Of a DNA stretch of 64,000 nt, positions 29,331 to 39,647 are shown piece after piece. Under the pieces are notes generated by a model, which did no database searches, had not been told where the DNA came from, and was given only the letters and a program-made list of their open reading frames with translations. The DNA is from an uncultured bacterium (GTDB lineage: Bacteria > Verrucomicrobiota > Verrucomicrobiia > Verrucomicrobiales > DEV007): assembly GCA_963977015.1 (NCBI GenBank), contig CAXBMO010000011.1, forward strand, positions 32,001 to 96,000, in the 5' to 3' direction. Each line of letters starts with the position of its first letter. Within the stretch, counting starts at the first letter, position 1. Position numbers and translations under genes: made by a program.

Positions 29331-29492
29331 GGTTTGCCTCCGGTCTACACTACAATACCCAAAATACTATGGCAGGCAGGATTCTTGCAATTCTAAAATG
29401 ATGTTGGAATTGGGGGCTTGTCGCCTCAGTTTGGGACCCATTCAGGGGCGAATGCTGAGGCGAAAGGACGGGGGCGGACCTCCGGCCTCGCA

Positions 29493-30911
29493 TTAGCGAT
29501 CTCCCGGGTGAAGACCGTATTGGCGGAGTTTTTCGCGCAGGGTTAGCCGGGAAACTCCAAGCCAGCGAGCTGCTTTGGCCTGGTTGCCTCCCGAGCGTTT
29601 GATCGCCTGACCGTAGACTTCGCGCTCAAAATTGGCGGTTAGCTCGGGGAGGGCGGCTTCCAGTTCACCTTCCACCACCTTCGACAGCGTTTCGGCAACA
29701 AGTTGGTGAAAACTCGGGACCGACTCGCGTTCGCCCATTTCGGTATCCTCCAGGATTTCCCGGCAATCATGCCAGCCGATCGTGTAGCCGCGGGATGCCA
29801 GAAGTGCCCGGCGAATCACATTCTGAAGTTGGCGGATGTTTCCGGGCCAGTCCTGGTCCTGTAGAAATTCCACCGCTTTCGGTGCGATCGATGGGCTGTC
29901 GATCCCGTATTCCGTGGCAAAACGTGTCAGAAAGTAGTCGATCAGTGCCGGAATGTCTTCGCGGCGGTCGCGGAGCGGCGGGATCGTGACTTTCGCCACG
30001 TTCAATCGGTAGATCAGGTCTTCGCGAAATTCGCCGTCGGCGACCATCTTTTCCAGGTTGCGATGCGTCGCCGCAATAACCCGGACATCGACCGGGATGT
30101 CCTTGTTCGCGCCAACCCGCTGAATCGTCTTCTCTTGAAGGACGCGCAGCATCTTCGCCTGCAACGCGAGATTGAGGTCGCCAATCTCATCGAGAAACAG
30201 CGTTCCACCGTGAGCCTGCTCAAACCGGCCGACCCGCATTTTGTCGGCGCCGGTGAACGCGCCTTTTTCGTGACCAAAGAGTTCGCTCTCCAACAACGCA
30301 TCCGGGATGGAGGCGCAGTTGACCGCGACGAACGGTTTGTGGGCGCGGTGCCCGTGTTGGTAAATCGCCCGCGCGATTAGCTCCTTACCCGTCCCGGTCT
30401 CCCCGAGAATCAGCACCGTCACCGGTTGCGCCGCGATTCGACCCAATTGCTTGTAGATATCGCGCATTGCCCGGCTTTTGCCGACAATCGTGTCCTGATC
30501 CGGGTAGACTTCGCCAATTTCGACGGGTTTTGACATGCGGCGCGCGTCTTCCACCGCATTTTTCACGACATCGTTCAGTTCTTCGATGTCGATCGGCTTG
30601 AGCAGGCAGTCGTAGGCACCTGCCTGGATCGCGCCAATCGCGATATCGCTGCTTTGCTCCCTCGTTAGCATCACGATGGGGAGTTTGGGATGCTTGGTCT
30701 GGAATTCGCGAACCAGTTTCAGGCCGGAAAAACCCTCGAAAGAGAGCTCGGTCACCATACAGTCGAATTGGCCCTTCTTGAGCCAGGCTTCGGCTTCGTC
30801 CTGGCGACTCGTCGTGTCGCAGGAAAATCCGCGAACGCGCAGCAAATCCGCCAATTTTTCGGCTTCCTCCGCTTCATCGATGACGAGAATGTGAGCGTGG
30901 TTTGCTGGCAC
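29493..30911 (-). CDS. Sigma-54-dependent NtrC-family activator (REC-AAA+-Fis HTH)
   Basis: GETGTGKE, ESELFGHEKGAFTGA, LFLDEIG, WPGNIRQL, NQAKAARWLGVSR; start set at GTG 30911 (uncertain). Confidence 0.93.
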   Translation of the reverse strand: MPANHAHILVIDEAEEAEKLADLLRVRGFSCDTTSRQDEAEAWLKKGQFDCMVTELSFEGFSGLKLVREFQTKHPKLPIVMLTREQSSDIAIGAIQAGAYDCLLKPIDIEELNDVVKNAVEDARRMSKPVEIGEVYPDQDTIVGKSRAMRDIYKQLGRIAAQPVTVLILGETGTGKELIARAIYQHGHRAHKPFVAVNCASIPDALLESELFGHEKGAFTGADKMRVGRFEQAHGGTLFLDEIGDLNLALQAKMLRVLQEKTIQRVGANKDIPVDVRVIAATHRNLEKMVADGEFREDLIYRLNVAKVTIPPLRDRREDIPALIDYFLTRFATEYGIDSPSIAPKAVEFLQDQDWPGNIRQLQNVIRRALLASRGYTIGWHDCREILEDTEMGERESVPSFHQLVAETLSKVVEGELEAALPELTANFEREVYGQAIKRSGGNQAKAARWLGVSRLTLREKLRQYGLHPGDR

Positions 30912-31147
30912 AGTTAGGGAGCATAGATCAGGTTGCGGATTCGCGCAATCGACAGGGTTTACCGATTCAACTTGGCAACCCAAGCCGATTTTCGTGCTCA
31001 GTCGCCTTCCATTTCGACCTCGTGGACGAACTGGGCGATTTCCACACCGCGTTGAGGCGGGTGAGACGAGGTCGCGGGGCAGGGGACGTGATTGCTGGGT
31101 GACAAGACTCAAAGGAAGGGCCATGGATGACCAAACTCTCAAATTTT

Positions 31148-32365
31148 ATGCTAACGACGATTCGCTCCTCCCTCATCCTTGCCCTTTTTTCGGCGGCGGG
31201 ATTGCTTCCCTGCCACGCTCAAAACAAAGCCTGGACACCGCCGCCGGTTCTGGAAATCCAGAAACTCATTCCCACTCAACCGGCAGAAGCCGCCGCGCTC
31301 ATTCGAAAATCCTGGGGAACCAAGGCGCTAACGACCAAAGCATTGCGGATCGAGAAAACGACCGTTTTGTGGGCCTCGCTCAATGATGAGCCAGTCGCGG
31401 TCGTCAATCCGGATTCGGGCGAGGTGATTGGCGAAATGGCGAAGCTGAATGAAGATGGCCTTCAAGCGCTGGCGATCACGTTTTCCAACGGGACATTGCT
31501 CAACTACCAATTGCGGGCAGGCGAAAAAGTTTTGGGTGGCGGATCGTTGAAGATCGAGCACTACGACTACCTGCCCGATTCCCTCAAGCAGGACGGAGTC
31601 CCGGAAGGGCAGGTTCATCGCCATGAGTGGAATGACTCGAAGATTTTCCCGGGCACACTGCGTGAGTATCTCGTCTACATTCCCGCGCAGTACGATGGCT
31701 CAAAGCCTGCTGCGCTGATGGTATTTCAGGATGGCTTGTGGCACGCCGATCCCAAGGGCGGGTTGCGCGCGCCAATCGTCTTCGACAATCTGATCGCCAA
31801 AGGTGAGATGCCGGTGACGATCGGTGTTTTCATCAGTCCAGGCCGCCTGGCTTCTCAAAAACCGGGTGATAAGCCGCGAAATCGCGGTTTCGAATACGAT
31901 TCCCTGGGGCCGGCCTACGTGAATTTTCTTCTCGAAGAGATCCTGCCGAACGTGGTCGCCGATCATGATTTAAACTTGAGCATGGATCCCGGGATGCGGG
32001 CCATTGCCGGCGGATCGAGCGGAGCTTCCTGTGCCTGGACTGCCGCGTGGGAGCGACCCGATCAATTCGGCAAAGTGCTCGGCTGGGTTGGATCGTTCGT
32101 CGATCTGCGGGGCGCCAATGCCTATCCTTCCCTGATTCGAAAAACGGAGCGAAAGCCGATCCGGGCCGTGTTTTTGGCCGGTTCCAACGATGTCGACAAC
32201 CGATTTGGGAATTGGCCACTCGCGAACCAACAGATGGAAGCGGCGTTGGCCTTCATGAATTACGATTATCAGTATCGCTGGGGGCCATGTTTTCATGGCA
32301 GCAAACACGCCTCAGCCGAGCTGCCGGAGATGTTGCGCTGGCTCTGGCGGGATTGGAACGACTAA
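31148..32365 (+). CDS. Secreted esterase, enterochelin-esterase-like alpha/beta hydrolase
   Basis: LMVFQDG, NRGFEYD, IAGGSSGA nucleophile elbow, FGNWPLAN, HGSKH. Confidence 0.85.
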   Translation: MLTTIRSSLILALFSAAGLLPCHAQNKAWTPPPVLEIQKLIPTQPAEAAALIRKSWGTKALTTKALRIEKTTVLWASLNDEPVAVVNPDSGEVIGEMAKLNEDGLQALAITFSNGTLLNYQLRAGEKVLGGGSLKIEHYDYLPDSLKQDGVPEGQVHRHEWNDSKIFPGTLREYLVYIPAQYDGSKPAALMVFQDGLWHADPKGGLRAPIVFDNLIAKGEMPVTIGVFISPGRLASQKPGDKPRNRGFEYDSLGPAYVNFLLEEILPNVVADHDLNLSMDPGMRAIAGGSSGASCAWTAAWERPDQFGKVLGWVGSFVDLRGANAYPSLIRKTERKPIRAVFLAGSNDVDNRFGNWPLANQQMEAALAFMNYDYQYRWGPCFHGSKHASAELPEMLRWLWRDWND

Positions 32366-32829
32366 AACTCGGACATTGAGAACGCGTTCTCAATCAGATT
32401 GAGTTTTGGTGGGAGTCCCTCTTCCAGAATCACTTCCATAATGTCAAAGCGATGCCGGACTTCCGGCTTGTTCAGTTGGCGGAGCCACGAACTGGCCCCC
32501 CGAAGAATCAGTTTTCGCTTCTCGTGATCCACCGCTTCGGACGGTCGTCCATAATCCAGGCTGGTCCGCGTTTTGACCTCCACGAACACCAGCACATCGG
32601 AATCCCGACAAACAAGATCGATTTCACCGCCCCCTTTGGGCCGAAAATTCGTCCAAAGCACCTTCCAGCCACGGCGAATCAGCCCGGTTTGAGACAATTT
32701 CTCACCCCACTCACCAATCTCCAAATGGCTGAGCCGGGCGGAAAGCCCGTTCTCATCGACCTTCGTCAAACGGCAGGGAGAGCTGAGCGACCGGTCGAAA
32801 CGACTGGCGATGTATCGGACAAGGCCCAT
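32362..32829 (-). CDS. yraN: YraN-family PD-(D/E)xK protein
   Basis: GEIDLV...LVFVEVKTR...RFD; conserved position after rnhB. Confidence 0.9.
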   Translation of the reverse strand: MGLVRYIASRFDRSLSSPCRLTKVDENGLSARLSHLEIGEWGEKLSQTGLIRRGWKVLWTNFRPKGGGEIDLVCRDSDVLVFVEVKTRTSLDYGRPSEAVDHEKRKLILRGASSWLRQLNKPEVRHRFDIMEVILEEGLPPKLNLIENAFSMSEF

Positions 32830-33379
32830 GGCGGCGGAGTTGCTCAAGATGCAACTTTGTTCCGTAACCCTTATGCTTTTCAAAGCCATATTCCGGATAT
32901 TTTTCCGCGAATTTCAGCATCAGGCGATCGCGCTCCACCTTGGCGATGACGCTGGCGGCGGCGATTGAAAGACTGATCGAGTCGCCTTTGACCAAGGCCT
33001 TTTGATGGATTGGAAACCCTTTGACCTCAAGACCGTCGATCAAAACGGCATCGGGCTTGGTGCTGAGGCCTTCGGTCGCGCACTTCATCGCAGCGTGCGT
33101 CGCTTTCAGGATGTTGATCTTATCGATCTGGCGGGAATCGACTGCCGCCGAATTCCAGATAATGCGCTCGTCAGCCTTCAGCTCTTCATAGATCGCCTCC
33201 CGCTTCTTCTCGGAGAGCTGTTTGGAGTCGTTCAGCGAGCTGTGACGAAAACTCAGCGGCAAAATCGCTGCTGCGGCCACAACGGGACCCGCGAGTGGGC
33301 CTCGGCCAGCTTCGTCAATTCCGGCGACGGAGGAATAACCCTCCCTCTGCAGCGTCTGTTCCCAGGCCAGATCCGGCAT
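32753..33379 (-). CDS. rnhB: Ribonuclease HII
   Basis: GIDEAGRGPLAGPV, DSKQL, KGD..S.SIAAASVIAKV.RD, HKGYGT. Confidence 0.97.
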   Translation of the reverse strand: MPDLAWEQTLQREGYSSVAGIDEAGRGPLAGPVVAAAAILPLSFRHSSLNDSKQLSEKKREAIYEELKADERIIWNSAAVDSRQIDKINILKATHAAMKCATEGLSTKPDAVLIDGLEVKGFPIHQKALVKGDSISLSIAAASVIAKVERDRLMLKFAEKYPEYGFEKHKGYGTKLHLEQLRRHGPCPIHRQSFRPVAQLSLPFDEGR

Positions 33380-33393
33380 GGGTCAAGAAAGGC

Positions 33394-33858
33394 TTAGCTT
33401 GCGGAAGCGTCTGTGGCCTTCTTCTCGCGCTTGCGCTGCTTGCGCTTGCCCTTGGCTTCGGTGGCTGCAGCCTGAGCGTCTGCATTGGCCTTCACCTTCC
33501 AACCGTTCTTCGCTGGGCGGACGGTCGTAGCGGCTTTTCCAAGGCGGGAGCGCATGTAAGCGAGCTTGGAGCGGCGAACCTGGCCACGGTTGGTAACCTC
33601 GATTTGCGCCACTTTCGGAGAATGAACCTGGAAAACGCGCTCAACACCTTCTCCATTGGAAATCTTACGGACAGTGAACGCCTGATTGACGCCTGTGCCA
33701 CCGCGAGCGAGGACAATGCCTTGGAAAATCTGAATCCGCTCTTTCCCACCTTCAACAACGCGGGAGTGCACTTTGACCGTATCTCCTGGTCCGAAGCTGG
33801 GGACTTCCTGCTTCATTTGTTCTTGCTCGATTTTTTGGATAACGGGAACTGCGCTCAT
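33394..33858 (-). CDS. rplS: 50S ribosomal protein L19
   Basis: FGPGDTVKV...[12 protein letters not shown]...[15 protein letters not shown]...RRSKL.Y; basic C-terminal extension. Confidence 0.98.
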   Translation of the reverse strand: MSAVPVIQKIEQEQMKQEVPSFGPGDTVKVHSRVVEGGKERIQIFQGIVLARGGTGVNQAFTVRKISNGEGVERVFQVHSPKVAQIEVTNRGQVRRSKLAYMRSRLGKAATTVRPAKNGWKVKANADAQAAATEAKGKRKQRKREKKATDASAS

Positions 33859-33965
33859 GACGACCTCTAGGGTTGGTAAGTGAAAATAAAAACGAACCGC
33901 TTTTAGCGGGCGGAAACTTGTATCCAGCTTCAGAAGAAAGGCAACGAAAAAGCCTAAACTTTTTG

Positions 33966-33994
33966 TTGCACGAATTGAAGGTCCCGTCTACGAT
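33966..33994 (+). promoter_or_regulatory. Sigma70-type promoter for tRNA-Asp
   Basis: TTGCAC-N17-TACGAT followed by a C-rich discriminator, about 36 nt upstream of the tRNA. Confidence 0.6.
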
Positions 33995-34030
33995 CCTCGC
34001 CCCGCACGAAAGTGCGATTTTTTAATGTTT

Positions 34031-34107
34031 GGAGTGGTAGCTCAATTGGTTAGAGCACCTGCCTGTCACGCAGGAGGTTGCGGGTTCGAGTCCCGTCCAC
34101 TCCGCCA
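34031..34107 (+). tRNA. tRNA-Asp (GTC)
   Basis: 77-nt cloverleaf GGAGTGG...CCACTCC-G-CCA; anticodon arm CCTGC-CTGTCAC-GCAGG; GGTTCGAGTCC T-arm. Confidence 0.98.
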
Positions 34108-34255
34108 TTAAAAGCCCTGGCAGGGCATGGGATCCCGTAACCAGCACTCTTTGGCGGGGTTACCCGTTGGAATTGACAATCTCAATAGCTTCCCTCGGAG
34201 TTCCACGAATCCATCGTTTTGTTTACTCTAAGATTCCGACGCTGGTGTTGCGGCC

Positions 34256-37200
34256 TCACCACGCGCAAAGCTTCTCGACGTGCGCGGCGGATCCATCCCG
34301 GAGCCAGCCATCCAGCTGAGCCTGCTCTTTCAATTGCTGGCCCCGATGCCGGGGGACGAGGAAGAAGCTGCAGTCCAGCTCCCGTAGCTGGGTCATGTCG
34401 CTCCAGAGTTTCTCAAATTGGGTGACGGGAAAGATGTCTTCCTGGCCGCTGCCCCAGCGTTTTTTGACTTCCTTGAGGGTCACGTAGGTCGGCATGCGTT
34501 GGGCGAGGTTGCGCACTCCTTTCTGGACGGCGGCTTCATCACGAAGGCTTTCGCGGTCCAAACCAAAGGCGGCGAGCAGTTCATCGATGGAGATCCAGGT
34601 GGTCATGCTGTTGTAGTAGGAGAGCGAAAACTCCAGTTCCTCGCGCGGAAGGGCCAACCCTTCGACGAGTTCGACATGACCGTCGACGCGGGCCAAACCG
34701 CCGCCACGGTCATCGATAAAGCGGCTGATGACTTCGAAGCTAAGCGCGGAGCCGGAAGCGAGATGTCGGCCGAGCAGGGTGGGGTCGAGATGGGCTCCCA
34801 CGGTATCGATGTTGTGGAGCATCAGCACCTGGAGTTGCGGACGCTCGTCGAGGAGACTCGCCAGCGTTCCGTTGAGAAGAAGGTTGGGGACCTCGAACCA
34901 GTGGCCGACCGGGTGGAGGCATTGAGCCGCAAGGTTGTCGGTATAGTCGGCGCCTTCGCCGCTGGTGCGGGCCCAGTCGATCAGGGCGGCATGCGCGCTT
35001 TCGCGAACTTTCTGGGCCTGCTCGTCGAGCGTCTGCTGGGCCAGCTCTTCCCAGGCGAAGCGGAGATCCCGTTCCATCGGAATCATGCGAAGCCCGATGG
35101 ATTTACCCGGAGACAAGATGGTTTGGCCGGGATACGCGAAGTGATCGTGACTCTCGAGAAATCCTTGGAGCGCTCCCTCGGTCAGGTAGCTGGTGGTGAA
35201 AATGTGAGGCGGGAAGGCACCGTATTGCTGACCGATGTGGCGGCTCTTGGCGAGGTGGGTCTCCAGAAAACTGCGGTAGCTGCCGGCGAAACGCGCAAAA
35301 GGGTGGAGCGCTTTGACGACACCGGCACCCTGGGTCCAACGGCTTCCTGCTCCGGCGGCGAGGCTGACCACGGCGACTTCGCCATTGGCGAGCGCGGCTT
35401 CTCCCCGGGCGAGATCCGAGGCGGAATCGCGACCGGGATCGGTGAAGTCCTCAATTTCGTCCGACCGGACATCGAGAATCTCAGTTCGAGCGGGAAGGCG
35501 GTTCTGGGCCAAGCCGATACGGCCCGAACGCAAGTCGGCCCGAATCTGCTCGTGTTGCACCGTGTCGAAGCCATTTTCCGCCAGCAAGGTGAAGAGATTG
35601 CCGTTGGAGTTTTCCTCACGGGTCTCGGGAAAGAGCCGGCGGAAAATTTCCGGAACCAATGAACGGAAGCGGTCGTCCTCGCGGCAGACTTCACCGATTC
35701 GCTGGAGTTCCTCATTGCGACAACGGCTGAGGCTCTTGGGATCCTGGCGAATGAGAAAGGGGACCATGAATTGGTAGTAGGCGCGGTTGAGCAGCGCTTC
35801 GTTGCCGGTCTTCAGTGTCGCCGTGGTTCCCTTGTCGTTGATCGTGAAATCGTAGACCACGGGATCGATCGCGAAGGGGAGGGCCTTCTCCAGCTCGGAC
35901 TTGGTCGAACGCATTTCCTGCTCGAGCCATTCCTGAGCGACCGGCTTGATGGACGGCGCGAAGATGAAGCCCATTCCGCCGCCGGCCATGCCGCCGAGCA
36001 TCCAGAAGCCCCAGAAATCGTCGCCGAACCGTTCGCGGCATTTCTCGATGAGCCGTTCGGTGAAGAGGTTGCTGCACCAGGGGATGATGGTTTGGAGCGG
36101 GCCGAAAAAATTGCGGGTCGTGGTTTCCCCGAGATCGCGAATTTCGCCCTTCTGGAGTCCCTCGAGCACGTCATCGAGCAGGGCGAGGGCTTCTTTGCGG
36201 GCTTCCCATTCCGCCTTGGACCGGAGGAGATATTTCTCGGTCACCATTTCGAGGATCGGGCCAACGTTCTGCGCCATCCCCCCGTGCACGACAACCAGAC
36301 TCTGCTGCAGTTTTTCGGCGATGTCGGGAGCCAGTCGCGGTGGCGCGAGAATCTCGTGATCGGGCATGAGTCGCCCGCGGCTGATCCCGTGCTCGAGGTC
36401 TCCCTCGGAGGCCGGTTGGCCGCAGATCAGCTTGATTCCGGGCCAAATCCCGCCGGAGTCCTGCCATCCTCCACCGGAGCCGCCCAACCATTCGCCCAGA
36501 ATCGCGCGAGCGGCGACGAGACGGAGATCGGACTCGTCGAGCGATCCTTCCAGGGAGCGCGTTTGCCCGGTGGCGCGCATGCAGAGGGCGATGAGGGATG
36601 CGAGAAGGTTCGTCGATACCGCGAGACGCGATCCCTTGGGGATGCCGCGAACATGGCTCACCAGTTCCAGGCCGTTGCCGGGCCCGACGAGGCGCACGAG
36701 AAGGTCGGAGAGTTTCTGCCCGGAGCCTTCCAGTCCCGGTGGGACCAATCCGGAGGCGACGAGAGCCGCTTTGATCAGTCCCAGGTAATCCGCGGCGTAG
36801 TCGAAAATTTCTTCCAGCTCACGGATGTCTTTGCGGGCTTCCAAATCCACGCTAACGAGCCGGATCACCGGTTCATCGATCACGCGAAAGAAAGTCTCAA
36901 TGGGCGGAGCCGGTTCGTCGTCCCGGCCGCGAATCCCCAGGTCAACGGAGACGTTGATGACGCGGGCTCCTTCCGGGTAATCCATCCCGAGGAAGAAAAT
37001 GTCGCTCCAGGCGCTGTGGGTCAGATCCATGCGGACCGGAGTTCGCTCGACGAGGACGGGGAAGAGTCGCGAATCGGAGGAGGCTGGAGTCAGCAGCTCC
37101 GGGCGCACCTGCAGCGGTTGATCCTGGGGATGGCCAAGCCGGAACATCCATTGATTCCCGGGAACCGACCGAACGCTGGTGCGAACCTGATCGGCGAGCG

Positions 37201-37588
37201 ATTGGAAGGCCAATTGATGGTAGGCCGCAGCCAAGGCGCTGGAAAGCGATGCGCTCCATCCGTCTTTCGCGGCGGACTCCCAAAATGTCTCGATGGATTC
37301 CGAAAACCGGCGTTCCAGAAAGTGGCGATAGCCGGAGTAGGGAATCGAGCCACTGGCCGGAAGATCCTTCTTCTCGGGAAGGTGAAAGCGAAAAATCGCG
37401 TAGAGAAAGAAGAGGGCGCGAACGGAATCGTAGAGATTGTCCGATTTCTGCCGAAACGCGTCGAGCATGCGGCACTCGTCGAGCAACTCGGTTAGGGAGA
37501 GCTGGTCCGCGGCCACTGCGAGGGACCGGTTGCGGACCTCTTCATCCGGTGAGGTAATGAGGGGGATCAGGGCGCTGTCGCGTTCCAT
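34256..37588 (-). CDS. GHMP sugar kinase-like domain fused to UDP-sugar pyrophosphorylase
   Basis: PVRMDL, PKGSRLAVS, GGGWQD, LGGMAGGG (GHMP); LAAGAGSRW...K, HPVGH, HNIDT, GGGL, QFEK (UDPGP). Confidence 0.85.
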   Translation of the reverse strand: MERDSALIPLITSPDEEVRNRSLAVAADQLSLTELLDECRMLDAFRQKSDNLYDSVRALFFLYAIFRFHLPEKKDLPASGSIPYSGYRHFLERRFSESIETFWESAAKDGWSASLSSALAAAYHQLAFQSLADQVRTSVRSVPGNQWMFRLGHPQDQPLQVRPELLTPASSDSRLFPVLVERTPVRMDLTHSAWSDIFFLGMDYPEGARVINVSVDLGIRGRDDEPAPPIETFFRVIDEPVIRLVSVDLEARKDIRELEEIFDYAADYLGLIKAALVASGLVPPGLEGSGQKLSDLLVRLVGPGNGLELVSHVRGIPKGSRLAVSTNLLASLIALCMRATGQTRSLEGSLDESDLRLVAARAILGEWLGGSGGGWQDSGGIWPGIKLICGQPASEGDLEHGISRGRLMPDHEILAPPRLAPDIAEKLQQSLVVVHGGMAQNVGPILEMVTEKYLLRSKAEWEARKEALALLDDVLEGLQKGEIRDLGETTTRNFFGPLQTIIPWCSNLFTERLIEKCRERFGDDFWGFWMLGGMAGGGMGFIFAPSIKPVAQEWLEQEMRSTKSELEKALPFAIDPVVYDFTINDKGTTATLKTGNEALLNRAYYQFMVPFLIRQDPKSLSRCRNEELQRIGEVCREDDRFRSLVPEIFRRLFPETREENSNGNLFTLLAENGFDTVQHEQIRADLRSGRIGLAQNRLPARTEILDVRSDEIEDFTDPGRDSASDLARGEAALANGEVAVVSLAAGAGSRWTQGAGVVKALHPFARFAGSYRSFLETHLAKSRHIGQQYGAFPPHIFTTSYLTEGALQGFLESHDHFAYPGQTILSPGKSIGLRMIPMERDLRFAWEELAQQTLDEQAQKVRESAHAALIDWARTSGEGADYTDNLAAQCLHPVGHWFEVPNLLLNGTLASLLDERPQLQVLMLHNIDTVGAHLDPTLLGRHLASGSALSFEVISRFIDDRGGGLARVDGHVELVEGLALPREELEFSLSYYNSMTTWISIDELLAAFGLDRESLRDEAAVQKGVRNLAQRMPTYVTLKEVKKRWGSGQEDIFPVTQFEKLWSDMTQLRELDCSFFLVPRHRGQQLKEQAQLDGWLRDGSAAHVEKLCAW

Positions 37589-37610
37589 GGGATGGGGGGA
37601 GGTCTCGAGA

Positions 37611-38468
37611 TTACTGATGGGAGCGGGCGAGCAGATCGAGCAGTTCACTGAGAACCATCGATTTGTCGGAACCGTTCAAGGCCAGGGCCAGTTGGGTGTA
37701 GAACAGCCCGTATTTGAGACTGATGTGGTGGCGGCTGCCCTGAATGAGGACCGCGCCGTATTGTTCGCGTCGCGCCAACGCGGCGAGGACGGGAGAAAGC
37801 TGAACTTCGCCTCCGTTTTTCTTCGCGTTTGCGACCGCTTCAAGGAGTAACTCCATCACCAACGGAGTGAGGACGTGAAGTCCAAAAAACGTGAGATATT
37901 GGCCGGCGCGAAGTCCCGGGACAATCAGCTTCTGTTCGGCTTCGGTTGGCGTCGGTTTCTCGATGACTTCGCGAACCTGATAAATCGATTCGGATTTGCC
38001 GGAGCGGGTCAACGACCCGGAAACGGCACCGTAGAGGTGAATCTCCGTCTCCCGCGTGGATTGAACCGCCGACATGGCGCAGCCTTCGCGTTCAGCGCTT
38101 TCAACCAGCTGCCGCGCACAGGATTTCTCCGGATCCGTGCTGAGAAAGAGGTGATCGCAGACGGCATGGAAGAAGGGTTCGCCCTGGACGAACTCGTGAG
38201 CGAGCGAAAGCGCGTGGCCGTAGCCGAGCCGCTCGGTCTGCTCCACAAAGGAGAGGCGGACCGGGAGATCGTGAACCGCTTGGCGGTAGGCTTCTTCGTC
38301 TCCCGGATGAATCACGAGACAGACATCCTCCAGGCCGGCGGAGTGGATCTCGCGAAGGAGGATTTCGAGGACGGAGCGGATCTGGCCATCGCGGTCGACC
38401 AACGTCTGCAGTGGCAGAGTTCGGTGTGCCGGACTGGCCGCCGTGATGACGGCTTTGGTTACTTTCAT
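37611..38468 (-). CDS. Sugar-phosphate nucleotidyltransferase (GalU-like)
   Basis: KAVITAA, EQ..RLGYGHA, EPF, YG, IEKP; Gly-rich motif is degenerate. Confidence 0.8.
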   Translation of the reverse strand: MKVTKAVITAASPAHRTLPLQTLVDRDGQIRSVLEILLREIHSAGLEDVCLVIHPGDEEAYRQAVHDLPVRLSFVEQTERLGYGHALSLAHEFVQGEPFFHAVCDHLFLSTDPEKSCARQLVESAEREGCAMSAVQSTRETEIHLYGAVSGSLTRSGKSESIYQVREVIEKPTPTEAEQKLIVPGLRAGQYLTFFGLHVLTPLVMELLLEAVANAKKNGGEVQLSPVLAALARREQYGAVLIQGSRHHISLKYGLFYTQLALALNGSDKSMVLSELLDLLARSHQ

Positions 38469-38624
38469 GCGAAGAACGGGGTTCGAAAGGCAAAGGCACC
38501 CTGCGGATGCGCGGCAAGGTAATTCGGAAAGCAGAAAGTCGCAATATCAATAATGAGTATAATTTATGATATTTTTCACATACAGGTTTCCGCTTGGATC
38601 GAAATCCTGGGAAAGCCAGAACCG

Positions 38625-39647
38625 CTATCGCTTCTTCGCAATCAGCCACCGGATCCAATACGCCGGATTGACGAGGAAAATCGCGAGAATCTGGATGGTG
38701 AGGAAGAAGTCCAGACTCATGACCCGGCTGATGCTGAGGTGAAAGGCAATGAGGGTGAGGCCAATCACCAGTGCCCAACGTCTTCCCAACAAGGCCAGCA
38801 CCGCCGCAAACTCGAGCAGCAGGCCGGAGGCCATGAAAATTCGGCTCCAGGTTGGCGACTCGATCAAAAAGGCCTCGATTCGCCTCGAAAGTTTGGCGAA
38901 TACCGCGTCGGTATGCTCGGGAACGCTTTTCCACCACGGCCCGTCGATGGGGGCGGTTCCCGGGAGCTCGAGCCGATTGTAGTACTCGCTCATCCGGGTT
39001 TTCTCGAGCTGGATCGGAAAGTTCTTGGCGTTCTTGACCCATTGGAAATCACTGTCCCACATCTTCGTGATGCCCGTGGTGAGGTAAGTGGCGACGAGAA
39101 CCTGGATCGAAATCCACATGAGTTGCCGGTAGAATTGATCCTGTTGGCGTTCGGTGTTGGCGAAATTCGGCATCAGCCTCCGAATTCCCCAGATGATTGA
39201 CCAAACCGTTTGCGCGGTCAGGACCAGAGCTGCGGCTTGCAGGTGATGGGTGTTCGCGCCCTGGCTTTGGGCCAGGGTGGTTGGCCCGATCACCAGAAAC
39301 CAGATCACCGGCATCACGATTGGCAGGCCGATTCCCACGGCGTAGAGAATCAGCGCTGGAACGAGGAGAAATCCGAGCTTTCCGAGCAGCTCGCGGTCGG
39401 CGAAAAAGGTCAGATCCAAAAAGTGCGCAATCCCGACGGGAACGGGCTGCCCGGAGATCGACATGACCTGGGCTGGAAGCGCCAGATAGATCTCCCAATA
39501 GATGACGAGGGCGAATAAGATTCGGGTGACCAATCGCTCGGTGCTTCCAAAGGCCGGACCGCTCCGGAGTTCTTCCGCAGTTTCCGGCGACCAAAACCGC
39601 CGAAACGCGTTGCGGGCGGCATTGTAGGCAGAAGTCAGGACACTCAT
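38625..39647 (-). CDS. HTTM-like multi-pass membrane protein
   Basis: Y..TGITK...W, LLLE, FH..I...M pattern; about 7-8 TM helices. Confidence 0.65.
   Translation of the reverse strand: MSVLTSAYNAARNAFRRFWSPETAEELRSGPAFGSTERLVTRILFALVIYWEIYLALPAQVMSISGQPVPVGIAHFLDLTFFADRELLGKLGFLLVPALILYAVGIGLPIVMPVIWFLVIGPTTLAQSQGANTHHLQAAALVLTAQTVWSIIWGIRRLMPNFANTERQQDQFYRQLMWISIQVLVATYLTTGITKMWDSDFQWVKNAKNFPIQLEKTRMSEYYNRLELPGTAPIDGPWWKSVPEHTDAVFAKLSRRIEAFLIESPTWSRIFMASGLLLEFAAVLALLGRRWALVIGLTLIAFHLSISRVMSLDFFLTIQILAIFLVNPAYWIRWLIAKKR

Noticed and set aside
29375-29390. Sigma54-like -24/-12 element AGGCAGGATTCTTGCA on the + strand
   Set aside because: It points toward the 3' end of a convergent gene with no + strand CDS; wrong orientation for the cyclase gene
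34108-34255. Possible integrated element at tRNA-Asp
   Set aside because: No integrase and no duplicated tRNA 3' end seen in the window; only short hairpins
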